Shown here in pieces: positions 47,910 through 61,568 of a DNA stretch of 64,000 bases. The stretch comes from Eledone cirrhosa. Taxonomy: Eukaryota. Every line of letters begins with the position of its first letter. Position 1 is the stretch's first letter. The position numbers and the translations under genes were made by a program. The stretch spans positions 372,062,001-372,126,000 of the forward strand of contig OZ024741.1 in assembly GCA_964016885.1 (NCBI GenBank), given 5' to 3'. The notes under the pieces are model-generated. The model searched no databases. It was given only the letters and a program-made list of their open reading frames with translations, and was not told the DNA's origin.

Positions 47910-48914
47910 CTGTTTAAAAATTGAAAATAATATTAATAAAAGCCATAAAAATATCAATAACAATGGTTTCTGATTTAGGCACAAGGCCAACAATTTTTTT
48001 ACCCCCATGAGGATGAAAGGCAAAGCTAACCTTGGCAGGATTCAAACTCAGAACATAGAGGGACATAAGTATATGCCACAAAGCATGTTGTCCAACACTC
48101 TAACAAATATGTCAATCCACCGCCCTTATATCAATAATAATAATTGTTTCTACTTTTGGCACAAGGCCAGCAATTACCCAGTACATTACTGGTACTTTAT
48201 TTTATCAACCCCGTAAGGATGAAAGGCAAAGTTAACCTCGGCGGGATTTGAACTCAGATCATAAAGGGCCGTAACTCTATGCTGCAAGGCATGGCGTCCG
48301 ACTCTCTACCGATACTGCCAATCCACCGCTAACGATACTATAATAACAGTAACGACAATGATACTAATAATGGTTTCTAATTTAGGCACAAGGCCAGCAA
48401 TTTTGGAAAGGGGGAAAATCAGTTAACTTAACTCCAATATTTTCCTGGTACTTTATTTTATTGATCCCAGAAATTATGAAAGGAAAAGTTGATCTAGGTA
48501 AGATTTGAACCTAGAAATGTAAAGAGCCAGAACAAATACTGCTAAGAACTTGTCTGATGTTCTAACAATCCTGCAAATCCACTACCATCACAACCTCTCT
48601 AGTGCCAGTGCCACAATAAAACACACTCGGCAGAGTACTGGAACATCTGTAAGTGAGATGTAAGTTCCTGACCCTTGAGTACTGACTTGTTCTATGAAGA
48701 CTTCTCCAACATTTACTAGCAGGCAAGTCGGACATTAAGTGATGATGATGATGTGTATGCTAAGTAAATAATGCAGAACTTGCTTGTGAAGGAGTGTGTC
48801 TATTTTTATCAAGCACACTAACATAGTGTGATTCATAAAAGAAGTGTATATAGAGACATATAAGATATAATTAACATATATAAGTGACACAACAAAAAGT
48901 GCCCAGTCCACACT

Positions 48915-49165
48915 GTAAAACCACTCCACCTCATGGGGCTCACACATGCGGGCAGCAAACTCCGCTCCAATAGCAGTGAGTAGGGATGTGGCCTGAGGGC
49001 TAATAATGCCAGAAGTCTCCACAGCTACAGGTTCTACCACAAAGCTATCAGAGAACAGTCGATACTTGGACAGTTTGCCCTCTTCGGGCTGGTAGGCAGC
49101 AGAGCCTAGGTTGATAGCCAAACGCACCAGGTTGCCACTAGAGAAGATGTCATAGCATGTATGTG
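48915..49165 (-). mobile_element. Remnant of a CRE-like restriction-like-endonuclease retrotransposon C-terminus
   Basis: GSAA...EEGKLSKY..FSDSFVVEPVAVETSG.......LLTAIG......EPHEVEWF. Confidence 0.55.
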
Positions 49166-51204
49166 CAATTCATCTCATTTACATATGTGTGGGGGGGGGG
49201 GGCATATTGTTTGATGTGGAGGCATTGATTTTGAAGAGTAGCAGCAGCTACAAGTTATTCAGGGTCTATTTTTAGTTTCTCACTAAGTTAACAACTAGTG
49301 CATGTTAATAATGTTTTGTTCAATTCATTGAGACAATTTTTATGGAATGTTTTACTTTCCTATTCATGTTTCAATTTTTGGCAGTATTTCTTTTATCGTT
49401 TCTTTTAACCCTTTAGTGTTCAAACCGGCCAAAACCAGCCAGAATTCTCTACCTCTTTCTGTTGAAACTGGCTGTAACAGGTCGCTCAAACTGATGTTAA
49501 GGTATTGTTCTCAAAATAAATAGTTTCAAAATGTCATAGATTCGATATTATGTGAGATAATTATGTGAGGTAAAGCCTTTACCATGAAAATATAATAGTA
49601 TATATAAAATAATGTGAATGCTAAAGGGTTAACCATTGTCTTTTGAATAAGCTGGCCTCTGTAAACCATACTGAAGGCAACCCATTTAGAAGAGCAATCA
49701 CTTTGAATGAAAAGCTGATACAGACTGGTCAGACAACCTCTCTAGTGCTGGTGGCATGATAACATGCACCCACACCATGCTGTAAAGTGGTTGGTGATAG
49801 GAAGGGCATCCAGCCAGAAAAAAAACCCTCCCAAAAATTATGGAATGTCCAACTCATGCAAGCATAGAAGAGCAGGTGTAAAAAGATGATGATGGTGGTT
49901 GTTGTTGTTACTATTGTTGTTGTGAACCCCTAGGTGAACTCTGATTGAGAAGACCTTTAGCAAAACAAGTAATCAAGCCAATTGAGTATGTACAACCTAT
50001 AGAGCTGTTTTACTAAGATAAACCGTGTCTCTAACAAGCTGACAACAATATGGGACAATGGATAATTGTATAGAATGCAGTCGAGCAACACACCCTCTCC
50101 AGCCTCCAATCTACTTCTGTACACATGTACCATGACCACATGTGATGTTTAGCCCTTCCATACTGGACTCTTTCCACCACCACTCATTATTACTATTCCC
50201 ATAGTACCCATAAGATGGCAAATTGGTAAAGTCATTAGAACGTTGGATAGAATGATTTGCAGTATTCGTTCTGGTTCTCTGAGTTCAAATCCCACCAAGG
50301 TCAACTTGGCTTTTCATCCTTTGGAGGTCAATGAAAAAGTACCAGTTAAGTACTGGATCAATTCTTCCTCCATATCTCTTTCTCATTTCCTCTCTCTCAC
50401 TTTCTATCCTTCTCTGGAAGAAAGCTGCTATAATCAGGCCTAGAGAGGGATGGGCTCCGCCAGGCTTAAAATGAAAAATCATAAGTCACTATGGCACCCA
50501 TATGACTCCATCAGGAGTTACAGGACAAAACATTCAATAGTACGCATGTCACCATCACTCCCCTCTGTGGAACTTGGATGACATCTACCACTGACAGTCT
50601 CTTATTCCTGTTGATATCCATCACTCAGTATACTCTGGTTGGCATTCAACTGGTAACATAGAAAAGGGAGGGTTCATCAGTCAAGTCAATAATCTGACAA
50701 TCTTTCTAGTATTGTTGCTACATTAAAATGAACCTAATACATTGTGTAAAGTTGCTAGTGTTAGGATAGAAACTGTAGAACTGTAGCCAAAAGGGTTGAA
50801 AGGATTATTCAGTCACATCAAGTTCATGACAACCTCTCAAGTATTGGAGCCTTGATTAAATGTGTAAAGTGGCTATTGTTAGGAAAGGCATCCAGCCAAT
50901 AAAATAAGCAAATAAAACAATTAACCAAAGCAGTTGGTCAAATATTTCTTTAGGGAATTAATAGAAATCAAAAGAAATGATACTTAATAAAAGCAATAAC
51001 TACAGCCAGAATCAGTGGTGATAGAGTGTAAATAAATTTATATACATACACACATTCACACTAACACACTCTCACACACACATATATACATACACAGACA
51101 AGAATATTGTCTGCAGTATATTTTCCCAGCGATGGGCTGGGTTGTTTGGCATTGGGTATAAGTACACATATACATACATACGAACTAGATATATATATAT
51201 ACAT

Positions 51205-52095
51205 AAGCACGGCCTAGAATCAAAAGGCCTTAAAATTAACCTGGCTAAGACTAAAGTTCTAGTTTGTAGGAAAGAAAGTAAGGCGGCGGTCCCTTCCGGG
51301 AAATGGCCATGCTCAGTGTGTAGGAAAGGCGTAGGTAGAAACTCCATTTTATGTCCCAAATGCAAAGTATGGGTGCATAAAAGATGTAGTGGGATCACAG
51401 GTAAGCTAACTAAGAACATAGATTTTACATGTGGGCGGTGCTCTGGTGCAATAAGTAGCAGCAAGTGCCCACAGAATACTAGCTCTTACAACTGCGCAGA
51501 GGGCTCTATAGAAATAGTGGACAGCTTCCGTTACCTGGGTGACAAAATCAGCAGTGGGGGAGGGTGCTCTGAAAGTACAGTAGCTAGAGTCAGAACTGGA
51601 TGGAAAAAGTTCAGAGAGCTTATACCACTATTAGCCGCTAAAGGGTTCTCCCTAAAAATGAAAGGCAGGTTGTATGATGCCTGCATACGAACAGCTGCAT
51701 GGCAGTGAGACCTGGGCATTGTGTGCAGAGGATATACGCAGACTAGAGAGGAACGAAGCTTGCTTGCTCCGCTGGATGTGTAATAGTAATATACGTGAAC
51801 GGCAAAGCATAAACGAATTAAGGAAAAAATTAGAAATAAGAGGGATCAGATGTTGTTTACTCAAGAGAAGGCTACGTTGGTATGGACACGTGATGCGCAT
51901 GAAAGTTAATAGCTGTATAACAAAGTGCAGGGCAATAAAGATAGATGGTAGCCACGGAATAGGCAGACCTAGAAAAACCTTGGACGAGCTGATAAATTCC
52001 GACCTCACACACTTACACCTCTCCAAGACAATGTCACTGGACCGAGACCTATGGCGGTACTCAATAATAGAGAAGACCCGCCTTACCTAAATACA
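51205..52095 (+). mobile_element. 5'-truncated RTE-type LINE with a PHD-like Cys/His finger; one frameshift
   Basis: GLKINLAKTK, GKWPCSVC...CPKCKVWVHKRC...CGRC, FRYLGD, LHGSETW, RRLRWYGHVMR, GRPRKT. A related 3' fragment lies at 54780-55130(-). Confidence 0.85.
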
Positions 52096-52474
52096 TAGTA
52101 AAACATAATACAGCCAGTAGGCATCTCTAACAAAATACACCCCCTCCCACCACCCCCACCCCATCCACACCACCCCCTCCTATGTAAAGTTATGTTGGTG
52201 CCACACCATCCAGGCCGAAACAAATGAGATCGTGTAGGTGTCACGACAAAAAAACACACAGTCCACGCTGTAATGTGGCCATGTAGGCAACACGGTAAAA
52301 ACCTCCCAGACCCACACTGTAAATGTGGTTGGTGTTAGGAAGGGCATCCAACTGTAGAAAACCTGCCAGACAGTCCTATGCGAGCAAGACAATCACTCTT
52401 GCCTCAAGTGGGACTACCCCCGTCCAAACCCATGCAAGCGTGGAACACAGACGTTAAACGTTGATGATGATGAT

Positions 52475-52805
52475 CATCATCATCATCATTTCATTTTACG
52501 TCCGCTTTTTCCCTGCTTGCAAGTGTGGGACGGGAACTGATTTTGGCTTGATTTCTACAGCTGGATGCCATTCCTAACACCAACCTCATTTACAGTGAGT
52601 GCTGGGTACTTTTTTGCCGTGGCACCTACACGACCACTTTGCAGTGGGACTGGGATCCCTATCATCTCATTTCTACAGCTGAGTAAACTGGAGCAATGTG
52701 AAATAAAGTGTCTTGCTCAAGGAAACAACACATCACCCGGTCTGAGAATTGAACTCACAACCTTTTGATTGCAAGGCCAATGCTCTAACCACTAAGCCAT
52801 GTGCC
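52475..52805 (-). mobile_element. tRNA-headed SINE with a CORE/V-like domain and a (GAT)n tail; partial copies near 34990-35100 and 57030-57137
   Basis: TGGCTTAGTGG A box, GAGTTCAATTC B box, TCCTTGAGCAAGACACTT core. Confidence 0.7.
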
Positions 52806-53084
52806 TCCATATGTGTGTGTGTATATATGTATATACGTGTATATATATATATATAAATTTATATTTTTATATGCATATATATATATATCATCATCATCAT
52901 CACTATTTTACATCCATTTTTCCATGCTTGCATGGGTCAGATGGATTGTCCACATCGAGAGAGAAGTCTGGCCAGGATTGGCCATGCTGTACTTTGCTCC
53001 GACGAGACTGTAAATTTGGCAGGTTTTTTTCACAGCTGGATGCTGTTCCTAACACCAACTACATTTACAGTGTGGGCCTAAATG

Positions 53085-53525
53085 GCACCGTTATGAGAAG
53101 GGACAGGCCAGTTAGCCATGCAGAACCCTTCTCAAAGTGGAACCATAGTTTGGGACTTGGACCCACAACTACAGTGTGGAACTGGGTGTCACCCCAATGA
53201 GGAGGAACAGGTCAGTTGGCTATGCTGAACCCTTATCACAGTGGAACCACGTTTTGGGAACCTAGAACTGGATGGCACTGCAATGAGGTGGGACAGGACA
53301 TCAAAACCATAGTTTGGGTGCTGCAACCACATTTGCAGAGTGGCACTGGATGGCACCGCTATGAGGACGGACAGGCCAATTGGCCGTGCCAAGCCCATCC
53401 CATAGTGGCACCATAGCTTAGGAGCCTGGAACTGGATGGCAGTGCTATGAGGAGGGACAGGCTAGTTGGCCTTGCCGAACCCTTCTCACAGTGGCATCAT
53501 AGTTTGGGAGCCTGGAACTGGATGA
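53085..53525. repeat. Degenerate ~80-105 bp GC-richer minisatellite, ~5 units
   Basis: atgagg..ggacagg.cagttggc...catagtttggga.c.tggaactggatggca recurring at about 53092, 53197, 53283, 53361 and 53447. Confidence 0.75.
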
Positions 53526-54450
53526 CAACACACAAAAACAAGATGGTGTAGGACAGACAAAGGAGAGACACAAAATAAGGAGGTCACAGAATGTGTGACG
53601 AAAGAGCTGTGACAATATATAAACAACCATCCAGTTACTGAACCAACCAGAAATTTATAATAAATTGAAGTGAAAACCAACAGGTGTGTGTGTGTTTTTA
53701 TTGGCAACATGACCCTCCCAAAGTATAACAATATCTGTTTCAACACACATTTTCAGATAAGAAATCTTGCAAAACAAATTCAAAAACGATGTGTGTATAT
53801 ATATATATATGTGTGTGTGTGTGTATGTGTGTGTGTGTGTATGTGTGTGTGTGTGTGTGTGTGTTGCTTTGGAACATAAAGTAAGGAAGGTTTTATTACG
53901 CATACAAAACTTTTTTAAGTGAGGAAAGGCTTTGCACAGGGCCAATTCCACTCTCTGAACATCGAATGCATTTACCCAAAAAAAAGAACTGGTCTATATC
54001 ATTGGATGCAAACAAAGTCACAGGTTTTATATCAGAGTGAACTTCTCCTAGAGAGATGTCTTAAGAGTCTTTCACTCCAAAAGAAAAAAAAAATGTGACG
54101 ACTTGATAATGCTGCACTTAGGCCAGATTTGTAGTCATAAAGTAAACAACCACAAATAAATGATTTTGATAGATCCATGCTGCTTCCCCTTCAATTGTGT
54201 AACAGAAAATGAGAAATGCATATAGTACATACCAACATCGCTTCTTATATATGTGTGCATGCACAACCTTCAACATTTCCAGAAAATTCTACCAAAATAC
54301 ATCCTTTAAAAAATGGCAGGAACTTTCTGTCCAACTTAATATATATATATAATATGTAAGTTCCAAAGTTATGTCAGGAGGTAACCAAAGTTAAAAAAGG
54401 CACTCAATTCATTGGTAGAGTAGAGGCATCTTTATTATATATATATACAG

Positions 54451-54554
54451 AAATGATCGCTATAAGACTAGAGATGTTTCATTCAGATGAAATCATAAGG
54501 AATCTCCTGATGATTTCATCGAATGAAACAGTTCTAGTCCTGTAGAAGTCATTT
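54451..54554. repeat. Short fold-back palindrome with a hammerhead-like core (same family as 22076-22126)
   Basis: Arms gactaga..tgtttcattc.gatgaaatcat / atgatttcatcgaatgaaaca.ttctagtc; CUGAUGA at 54507. Confidence 0.65.
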
Positions 54555-56193
54555 ATATATCATCATCATCATCACCGTTTTACGTCCATTTTCCACACTA
54601 GCATGGGTTAGATGAGTTGTTCTGTTGTAGACAATACTAGGTCAAGTGACCATGTCTTGTTCATACAAAACTGATTTGGGCTTGGTTTCTACAGCTGGAT
54701 GCCCTTACTAACGCCAACCTCATTTACAGCGAGTACTGGGTGGTTTTTGTTGTGACACCTACACATGGGAAGGTGGTGTGGAGGGGAAGTTGGGTCTTCT
54801 GTATTACTGCGTAACGCCAAAGATCTCAGTCCTGTGTCATCACCTTTGGGAGATGCAATTGGGCAAGGTCAGCTTTTATCACATTACCCCCAAGTCTTCC
54901 TGGGTCTCCCCACTTCAAAGCTTCCATCGACTTTGAGTGCTCTGCACCTTTTTATGCAGCTGTCATCCTTCATACACATCACATGTCCATACCAACATAA
55001 TCTCCTCTCCTGCACACAGGATTTGATTCCTCTTATGCCTAGTCTCTCTCTTAGTTTGTTTATGCTTTTCCGTTCATGTATATTACTATTACACATCCAT
55101 CAAAGCTTGCAAGCTTCATTTCTTTCCATATAGTTACATATACATACAAAAACACATGCACACTTATAGAGTGAGAGAGATGGAATCCGATTTCTGTTAT
55201 AGTTAAAGTGTTTAAGGGCCGATACACTTGCTTGAGAGGGGTGGGTTCTTTTCTGACAACCCTCTGCTATCCAGCTCTCCTGAGAGTTTCTGACCAGTTT
55301 AACCAGGCACTTTTCTTATTGAAAAATGTAAGAAATTCTTCATATTTTTCATAATATGTACGACTTATTTACTACAGAACATTCATTTTCCATAGAATTT
55401 TCATTAGTTGCTGAAGTTTACACAAGATCTTTTAACAATTTTTTATACAATTCTTAACATTTAATTATAAACATACAATAGGATTTCTAAAACATCAAAT
55501 GTTCTATGGGGATCCATCATAGGAATCAAAGGACTCCATAGATTAAAAAAAAAATTGGAAACCACAGCTGTAGATTAAGTATACAAATATTCAAAACTTT
55601 GTACCTCTTCAGGTCCCAAGCATTTCAGATAAAGAATTGTCAATCTGTACTTTTCATCATCATCACGATTCTCACTACCACAATCACCACTATCATTACC
55701 ACCATCATCATCATCATCGAAACCACAACTATAATTATTATCGTCTCGAGAGCCACAGCTATCTGTGTCAATTGGGTATTTAACAATAAAACTTGGGATG
55801 CTGTTCTATGATTTAGGATGGGTGCATGTATCATGTAGATCATCAACACTAGAAAAGTTGTTATGTCTTTGATACAACTAAAGGGTTCTCTCAACCCTTT
55901 TAGGTATGGTTTCTACAGCGGGGTGTCCTTCCTGTCACCAACCACCCTTATGGAATGTACCAGGTGCATTTTAGTGGCACTATGGCTAGAGAGGTTGTTG
56001 CTCATAGACCCAACAGTAGAGCCCATGAGATAATAAGAAGTGTTTTGAGGTTGAGCAGAACAAATAACTACTCAGAATTATAACAGTGAACAAGTTTGCT
56101 TTTACTAATTAATTAATTAATTAACACTTGATGACAGAAATAGTTTCTGAAAAGAAAATAGTTTAATTAGTTAGTATTTCTTTTTCTACTTAC

Positions 56194-56254
56194 CTCTGAT
56201 CTGTCGGTCTATCACATATCCTTCTTTTCGCATCTTAGAACTCCATTCCTGAAC
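56194..56254 (-). CDS. CHMP3: CHMP3 exon 2 (61 nt)
   Basis: ttttag|VQEWSSKMRKEGYVIDRQIR-G|gtaagt. Exon sizes 61/180/122/115 match my recollection of the vertebrate CHMP3 structure. Confidence 0.9.
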
Positions 56255-57277
56255 CTAAAAATGGAAAATTAAAACAAGCCTAAAATATAGTTTTCTTTTC
56301 TTTTATAACATTACAAATCAGCAAAATCACTTGACAGTTTATGGAATATATCATGTAAATACAGTTTAATATAAAAAGAAAAGAAAGAAAATTTAGAATG
56401 AGAAGAATGGAATGTAAAATAGGAAAATATAAAGAAATAAGAGAAAAAGAAAAAAACAGAAAAAGGAGGGAATGTCAAGGGCTCTAGTGTCACAGAAGAC
56501 TGTGGAAGGGGAGGGGGGTTGATTAGACTCTGGGCCAAGGACATGGTAGTAAAGGGGCTGTGCCCTGCAGACAAGGCTTCAAAATTAGTTTTTACTCCCT
56601 TTTCAAATGACTCTTTGCTAAAGAACACAACAGAGTGCTAGGGTGCCAGAAAGGGTTCTTGTATGACATCACTTAACCTTTTTGTACCATATTTCTAATG
56701 GAAGATATTGTCTATGATTTTCCATATATTTTGAAAATAATCAAGAATTTGGAGAGATTTAGTAATATAACTAACTTTATCATTATCAAGTTTGTGTTTG
56801 GAACACAATTTAACAATAGTTTTTACATAAAATTATGATGGAAGGTTTCAGATAAATACAAACACTTTAAAATAAGCAGATTCTTTTAAATAATTGACAA
56901 GCTCGCAGACTTCATTCACTTACTGAGTGGGATGGAACTCGTGAAATTGGACCAAGAATAATAATGTCTCCATTGGTCTTTCCATTGCTGATACTATATA
57001 CTGGTCAGAACTCCTGGCAGGAAAAGAAATATGAAATAAAGAGTCTTGCTTAAGAGCATAGCATATCGCCCAGTCCGGAAATCAAACCCGCAACCTCACA
57101 ATTGTGAATCCTACTCTCTAACCATTAAGCCACATGCATTCACTAAAGAGCTTAGTATTGTCAAACTTGGGATGATTTCAGCCAGTTTAGTATGAAAAGA
57201 GTTAAGATGTTCACTGTAGCTATTCTCCTTTAGCAAACTACCTACTACATAATATGTTAGTGTTATCTCATGCAATA

Positions 57278-58866
57278 TTTCATTTCATTTCATTTCATTT
57301 GAGTTTGAGTCCATGCTCAGGCCAAGTCGAAGACTCCACCCTCAGAGTCTGGTGTGGTTGCCAGGTTGTATTCTCTGTTTAATTTTGACATGTGTAGGAG
57401 CGAGTTTGAGTCAGTTTGTGCTCGTTGTGTATATCCTGGGAGATGGGGTTCATCTCTAATGGTGCTTAAGTATCTATCCAGCTGCAATTTGAATGATTCC
57501 ACACTGCATCCTGATAGATTTCTGACATGTACCGGAATGGAGTTGAATAGTTGTGCCCCTCGAACCAATAGACTTGACTCTTGCAGGGTTTTTGCTGCCT
57601 GGCCAGCCTTTTTGTTGATTGGTGGTAGCTGGCAGCGTCTTCCGTGGCGCAGTGAGTGGTAGGTTTTGATACCAAAGTTTGGCACCTTTTGCTCTATCAT
57701 TTTCCAAATGTATATAATTCGGTATCGCTCAAATCTTCTTTCTATTGAGTACATCTTCAAGGTTTTGAGTCTTTGCCAATAGTCCAGGTTCCTCGTTTCT
57801 GAGAAGTATGAGGTAAAATTTCTTTGGAGCGATTCCATCTTAGATAGTTGGCCCTTTGTTGTTGGTGACCACAACTGAGAACAGTAGTCAATCCTCAGAA
57901 GTATCATACTGTTCCAGAGGGTTTTCATTGTTGAGGTATCTCTTGATTTGAAGGTGCGCAAGATCCACCCGCTGTACTTTCTTGCAGTAAGACAGACTGA
58001 GTCAAGGTGTTCTCTGAATTTTAGGCTGGTTCCCATGTGGATGCCTAAATCTTTCACACAGTTTTTCCATTATTTGTTGTCCTGATGGGTTTCTGTAGTT
58101 TGTTGTATTTTTCAGATCTTGATCTGTTCCGTAGCGAATTAGTTCAAACTTCTTATCATTGAACAACATGTTGTTTGTTTCCTGCCATTTGTATATGGTG
58201 GTCAGGTCCTTTTGTAAGGCCTCTGTATCCACCTCGTCTTTGATTTGTCTCATGACCCTGGTGTCATCAGCAAAGGATGAGACGTTGCTGGTTGTATCTT
58301 CATCTATGTCAGAGATGAGGATGAGAAACAGGATCGGGCCGAGTACTGTACCCTGAGGAACACTGCTGGTCACAGGTGATGGTGTTGAATGGGTTCCATT
58401 CACAGTGACTGTTTGAGTTCTATTTGTAAGGAACTCATGTATCCATGTACCAACTTTTCCTCCTACTCCTAGCTTTCGAAGTTTGTGTCCCAGGATGCCA
58501 TGATCTACCTTGTCAAATGCCTTGGCAAAGTCGAGGTAAATAACATCTGTGTTGTATCCATTCTCTAGATTTTCTAGGATTTGGTCATGGTGTGCCAGTA
58601 GTTGGGAAAGACATGATCTACCTAACCTGAATCCATGCTGGTTGCAATTCATCAGATTGTTGGATTCCAGGAACTCAACCAGTTTTCCACGAACTATTTT
58701 CGAAGACCTTGATAATGTGTGATGTCAGTGAGATTGGTCGGTAGTTCTTTGGTTTTGATTTGCTGTCCCCTTTATGTATTGGAGTTATGTGTGCTTCTTT
58801 ATATGTATTTGGTATTTTGCCATTCTCCATAGATTCCTTCCATATCATGTAAAGGGGTTTCAACAA
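57278..58866 (-). mobile_element. 5'-truncated CR1/L2-group LINE with frameshifts, in CHMP3 intron 1
   Basis: NYRPISLTSH, QHGFR, YLDFAKAFDKV, VPQGTVLGP, FADD, IDYCSQLWSP; (GAAAT)n 3' tail. Confidence 0.88.
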
Positions 58867-60699
58867 TATGTTAACATTATTTAGGTAAATGATTTTTAAT
58901 TACTAGATCCCTTAAAGTCTGAAGTTTGGAGGGGAGGGGAAAGTCAATTAAATCAATTCCAGTACGTTACTGGTACTTTATTTTATCAACCTCATAAGAT
59001 AAAATAAAGTACCAGTAACGCACTGGGGACTTTCCCCTCCCCCACAAATTGCTGGACTTGTGCCTATAGTAGAAACCATTATTTAGGAAAACGATTGGTA
59101 CAAAATACACATAACTAACAATGTAACAAGAATCTTGGTATAAAGAAATCTATTCTAAATAGTAAAAATTCCTGAACATTCTCACTCAGAGAGATTAGAG
59201 AGCTGGAAACATAAAGAACACATACTTCACTCAGTTAACTGCTAAATCCCTTAAAGTCTGAAGTTTATTGGTCGATAGTGAATAATACCTCCCTTGCACT
59301 TTAAATTCAGTTTTCATTTCTTTCTAGAATGTACATCTGCTATCCTGAAATCAACATTTAGCATGCTCTAGACTAGACAGCATAAATCGCCGATAGAGTA
59401 ATCTCCCCTTAATACATAATGCAGTGTCAAGGGAAGCAATTCATAAATATTTCCAGCGTGCTAAAGGTTACCAGCATCAGAATGCCTTGTTAGGCTTCTT
59501 ATTACTATTTGCACATCTTCCTAACTGAGCTTGAGTGTGTTTGGTTCCAGAAGTATCCAGATATTCAGATGTGGAATTCTTATCTGTGGAGGCAATACAA
59601 ATTCTACCGTGCTGACAAATCATTAAGTCTCCAGCCTTGTTGCTTTGGCCGCAAACCCAGGCACTGCTGCCTGCACCTGAAATGCAGGAGAGAGGAAAAT
59701 TGCCAAATACCAGGGTTTGACAGACTGCTTCCTTTTAATGCTGGTTGCTGTCGAGACTTCAAGTGTCCTACATCCCCAAACTGCCATTTTCCCTCGCAAA
59801 ATGGCAGCCTGCCTAAAGGAGGAACCCGTGAGGCGGAATGGCTGTTGCAGCGGGTGTTGTTGGTCATTCTCCACTGGGGTGTTAGAGTCTGTCGCTCCCT
59901 CCCCTTCATCCCTTGTTTAATTTCTTATTCCATATTATTTCTTTTCTTTTTCTTTTATTCTTCATTTCCTTATTGCTTTATATAAATTTGTCTGTAAATA
60001 TAAATTATTTCTTCCTTTTGTCATTAGATGACATTTCTTACAAAGCTATGAGGCTTATATAGCAGAATGGCAGCAGTTACTTCCCACTTGAATGGAGACA
60101 ACATTAATCACACACCTTTTCTTAATTGTTGCTGGTTTGATTTCTTTAATTAATTAATATTTGTTTAATTAATTGGTTTATATCACCAAGTAGCTTGTTA
60201 TTTTTACATGAAGGTCAAATCAACTCTCTTCTATTCATTCTCAATGGTAAACTTAGCTCTAACCATTCCACCAACCTCTGTTCACAGACTGGCTGGTAAC
60301 ACTACTTGGTAACATGCTAAAAAGCCTAATTTTTTGGACAGCTATATATAATAAAAAAGAGAGATGTTTGTTGATTGGTATCTTCATGTATCATGCAAAA
60401 ACAAAAACTGACAATCGAAAAGTAAGTAAACCAATGGAATAAGGGTACATCCAGAAAGGTACTCATTTTATAACATCAAAAAAATATATATACCGGGAAT
60501 GCTAACCAACCTGACTGCTAAATCTAGCAGACTGGGAGACAACCATAAAGGATTCTTTCTGCCTTGTCAGCAATGTTCATGTTTCGCAGCTAGCATCTCA
60601 ATGGATTTGAACGCTGGTTTATACACACATACATACACATTTATATATAATTATTTATTTCTATATTTATATATATTATAAAAGATTAGAACTTCCATT

Positions 60700-61190
60700 A
60701 TCCTTTTGAGAAACCTGGACCAGCCACGTCTATGCAATAGCACACGCTTAACAGTCAGATGGATGATAAACCATCTCCTGGAGGTCATTATTCTTGGAGG
60801 CAATCATCACAGAGAAAATGCATTTATTCTCAAGGCTCCTCTACTAAGCTGCTGTTCAAATTCTCAATACTTCAGTTCCCTGTTAGAGCCAGTTTTGCTA
60901 TGACCATAAATAAAGCTCAGGGTCATAGCCTCAAAGTTTGAAGATGAAAGAATCGGTTTTTACCCATGGACAGTTATATGTAGGTTGTTCATGAAATCTT
61001 TATATACTATGCACAAATGGTTAAATAAAGAATCTAGTGTATCTGGAAGATTTTTGACTGTTTTTTTTTTGTTTTTTGGTCTTGCCTCATACTGTAAACC
61101 AGACAATGCATCCAATACATTTGTTTTCTCTTCTACTGGTCTTCTCTTATCATCTGTTTACCCAGGCAAAGCTGGATACCACAGCTAATT
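60700..61190 (+). mobile_element. Helitron remnant (PIF1-type helicase C-terminus plus degenerate 3' hairpin)
   Basis: LRNLDQPRLCNSTRL, LQFPVRASFAMTINKAQGHSL, THGQLYVGCS; cccaggcaaagctgga...gctaat end. Confidence 0.75.
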
Positions 61191-61568
61191 TTTTTATAAA
61201 ATTAGTTTAAAGAAGGATAGAGCTTTTGAGCATTATAACTACACCAAACTGGTAAGGTTTATGTGGTTTATAAATTATACTATTTTAAAAAAGGCATACA
61301 TGAAAGGCATACATGAAACCAATAACAATTTCTAATTTAAGTAGAAGGCCAATACTCTGTGGGAGGGAAAAATTTGCATTACATTGACCCCAGAATGTAA
61401 CGGGTATTATATTTTATCAGCCCCAAAACTTCAGAGGGATTTGAACATAAAAGACCATGACACTAATGATTCTGCAAAATCCAGAGCCCTCTGAAATCAA
61501 TAATAAAATATGTGTGCTGGTATATATTTAATTACTGATATGTAATAATACAATTCTAGTTTAAATTT

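Noticed and set aside
52700-52805. tRNA genes at A/B-box sequences
   Set aside because: They are SINE heads that continue into core and tail sequence; no cloverleaf evident
59509-59985. GC-richer island with several short ORFs
   Set aside because: No motif I can assign; probably an old transposon fragment
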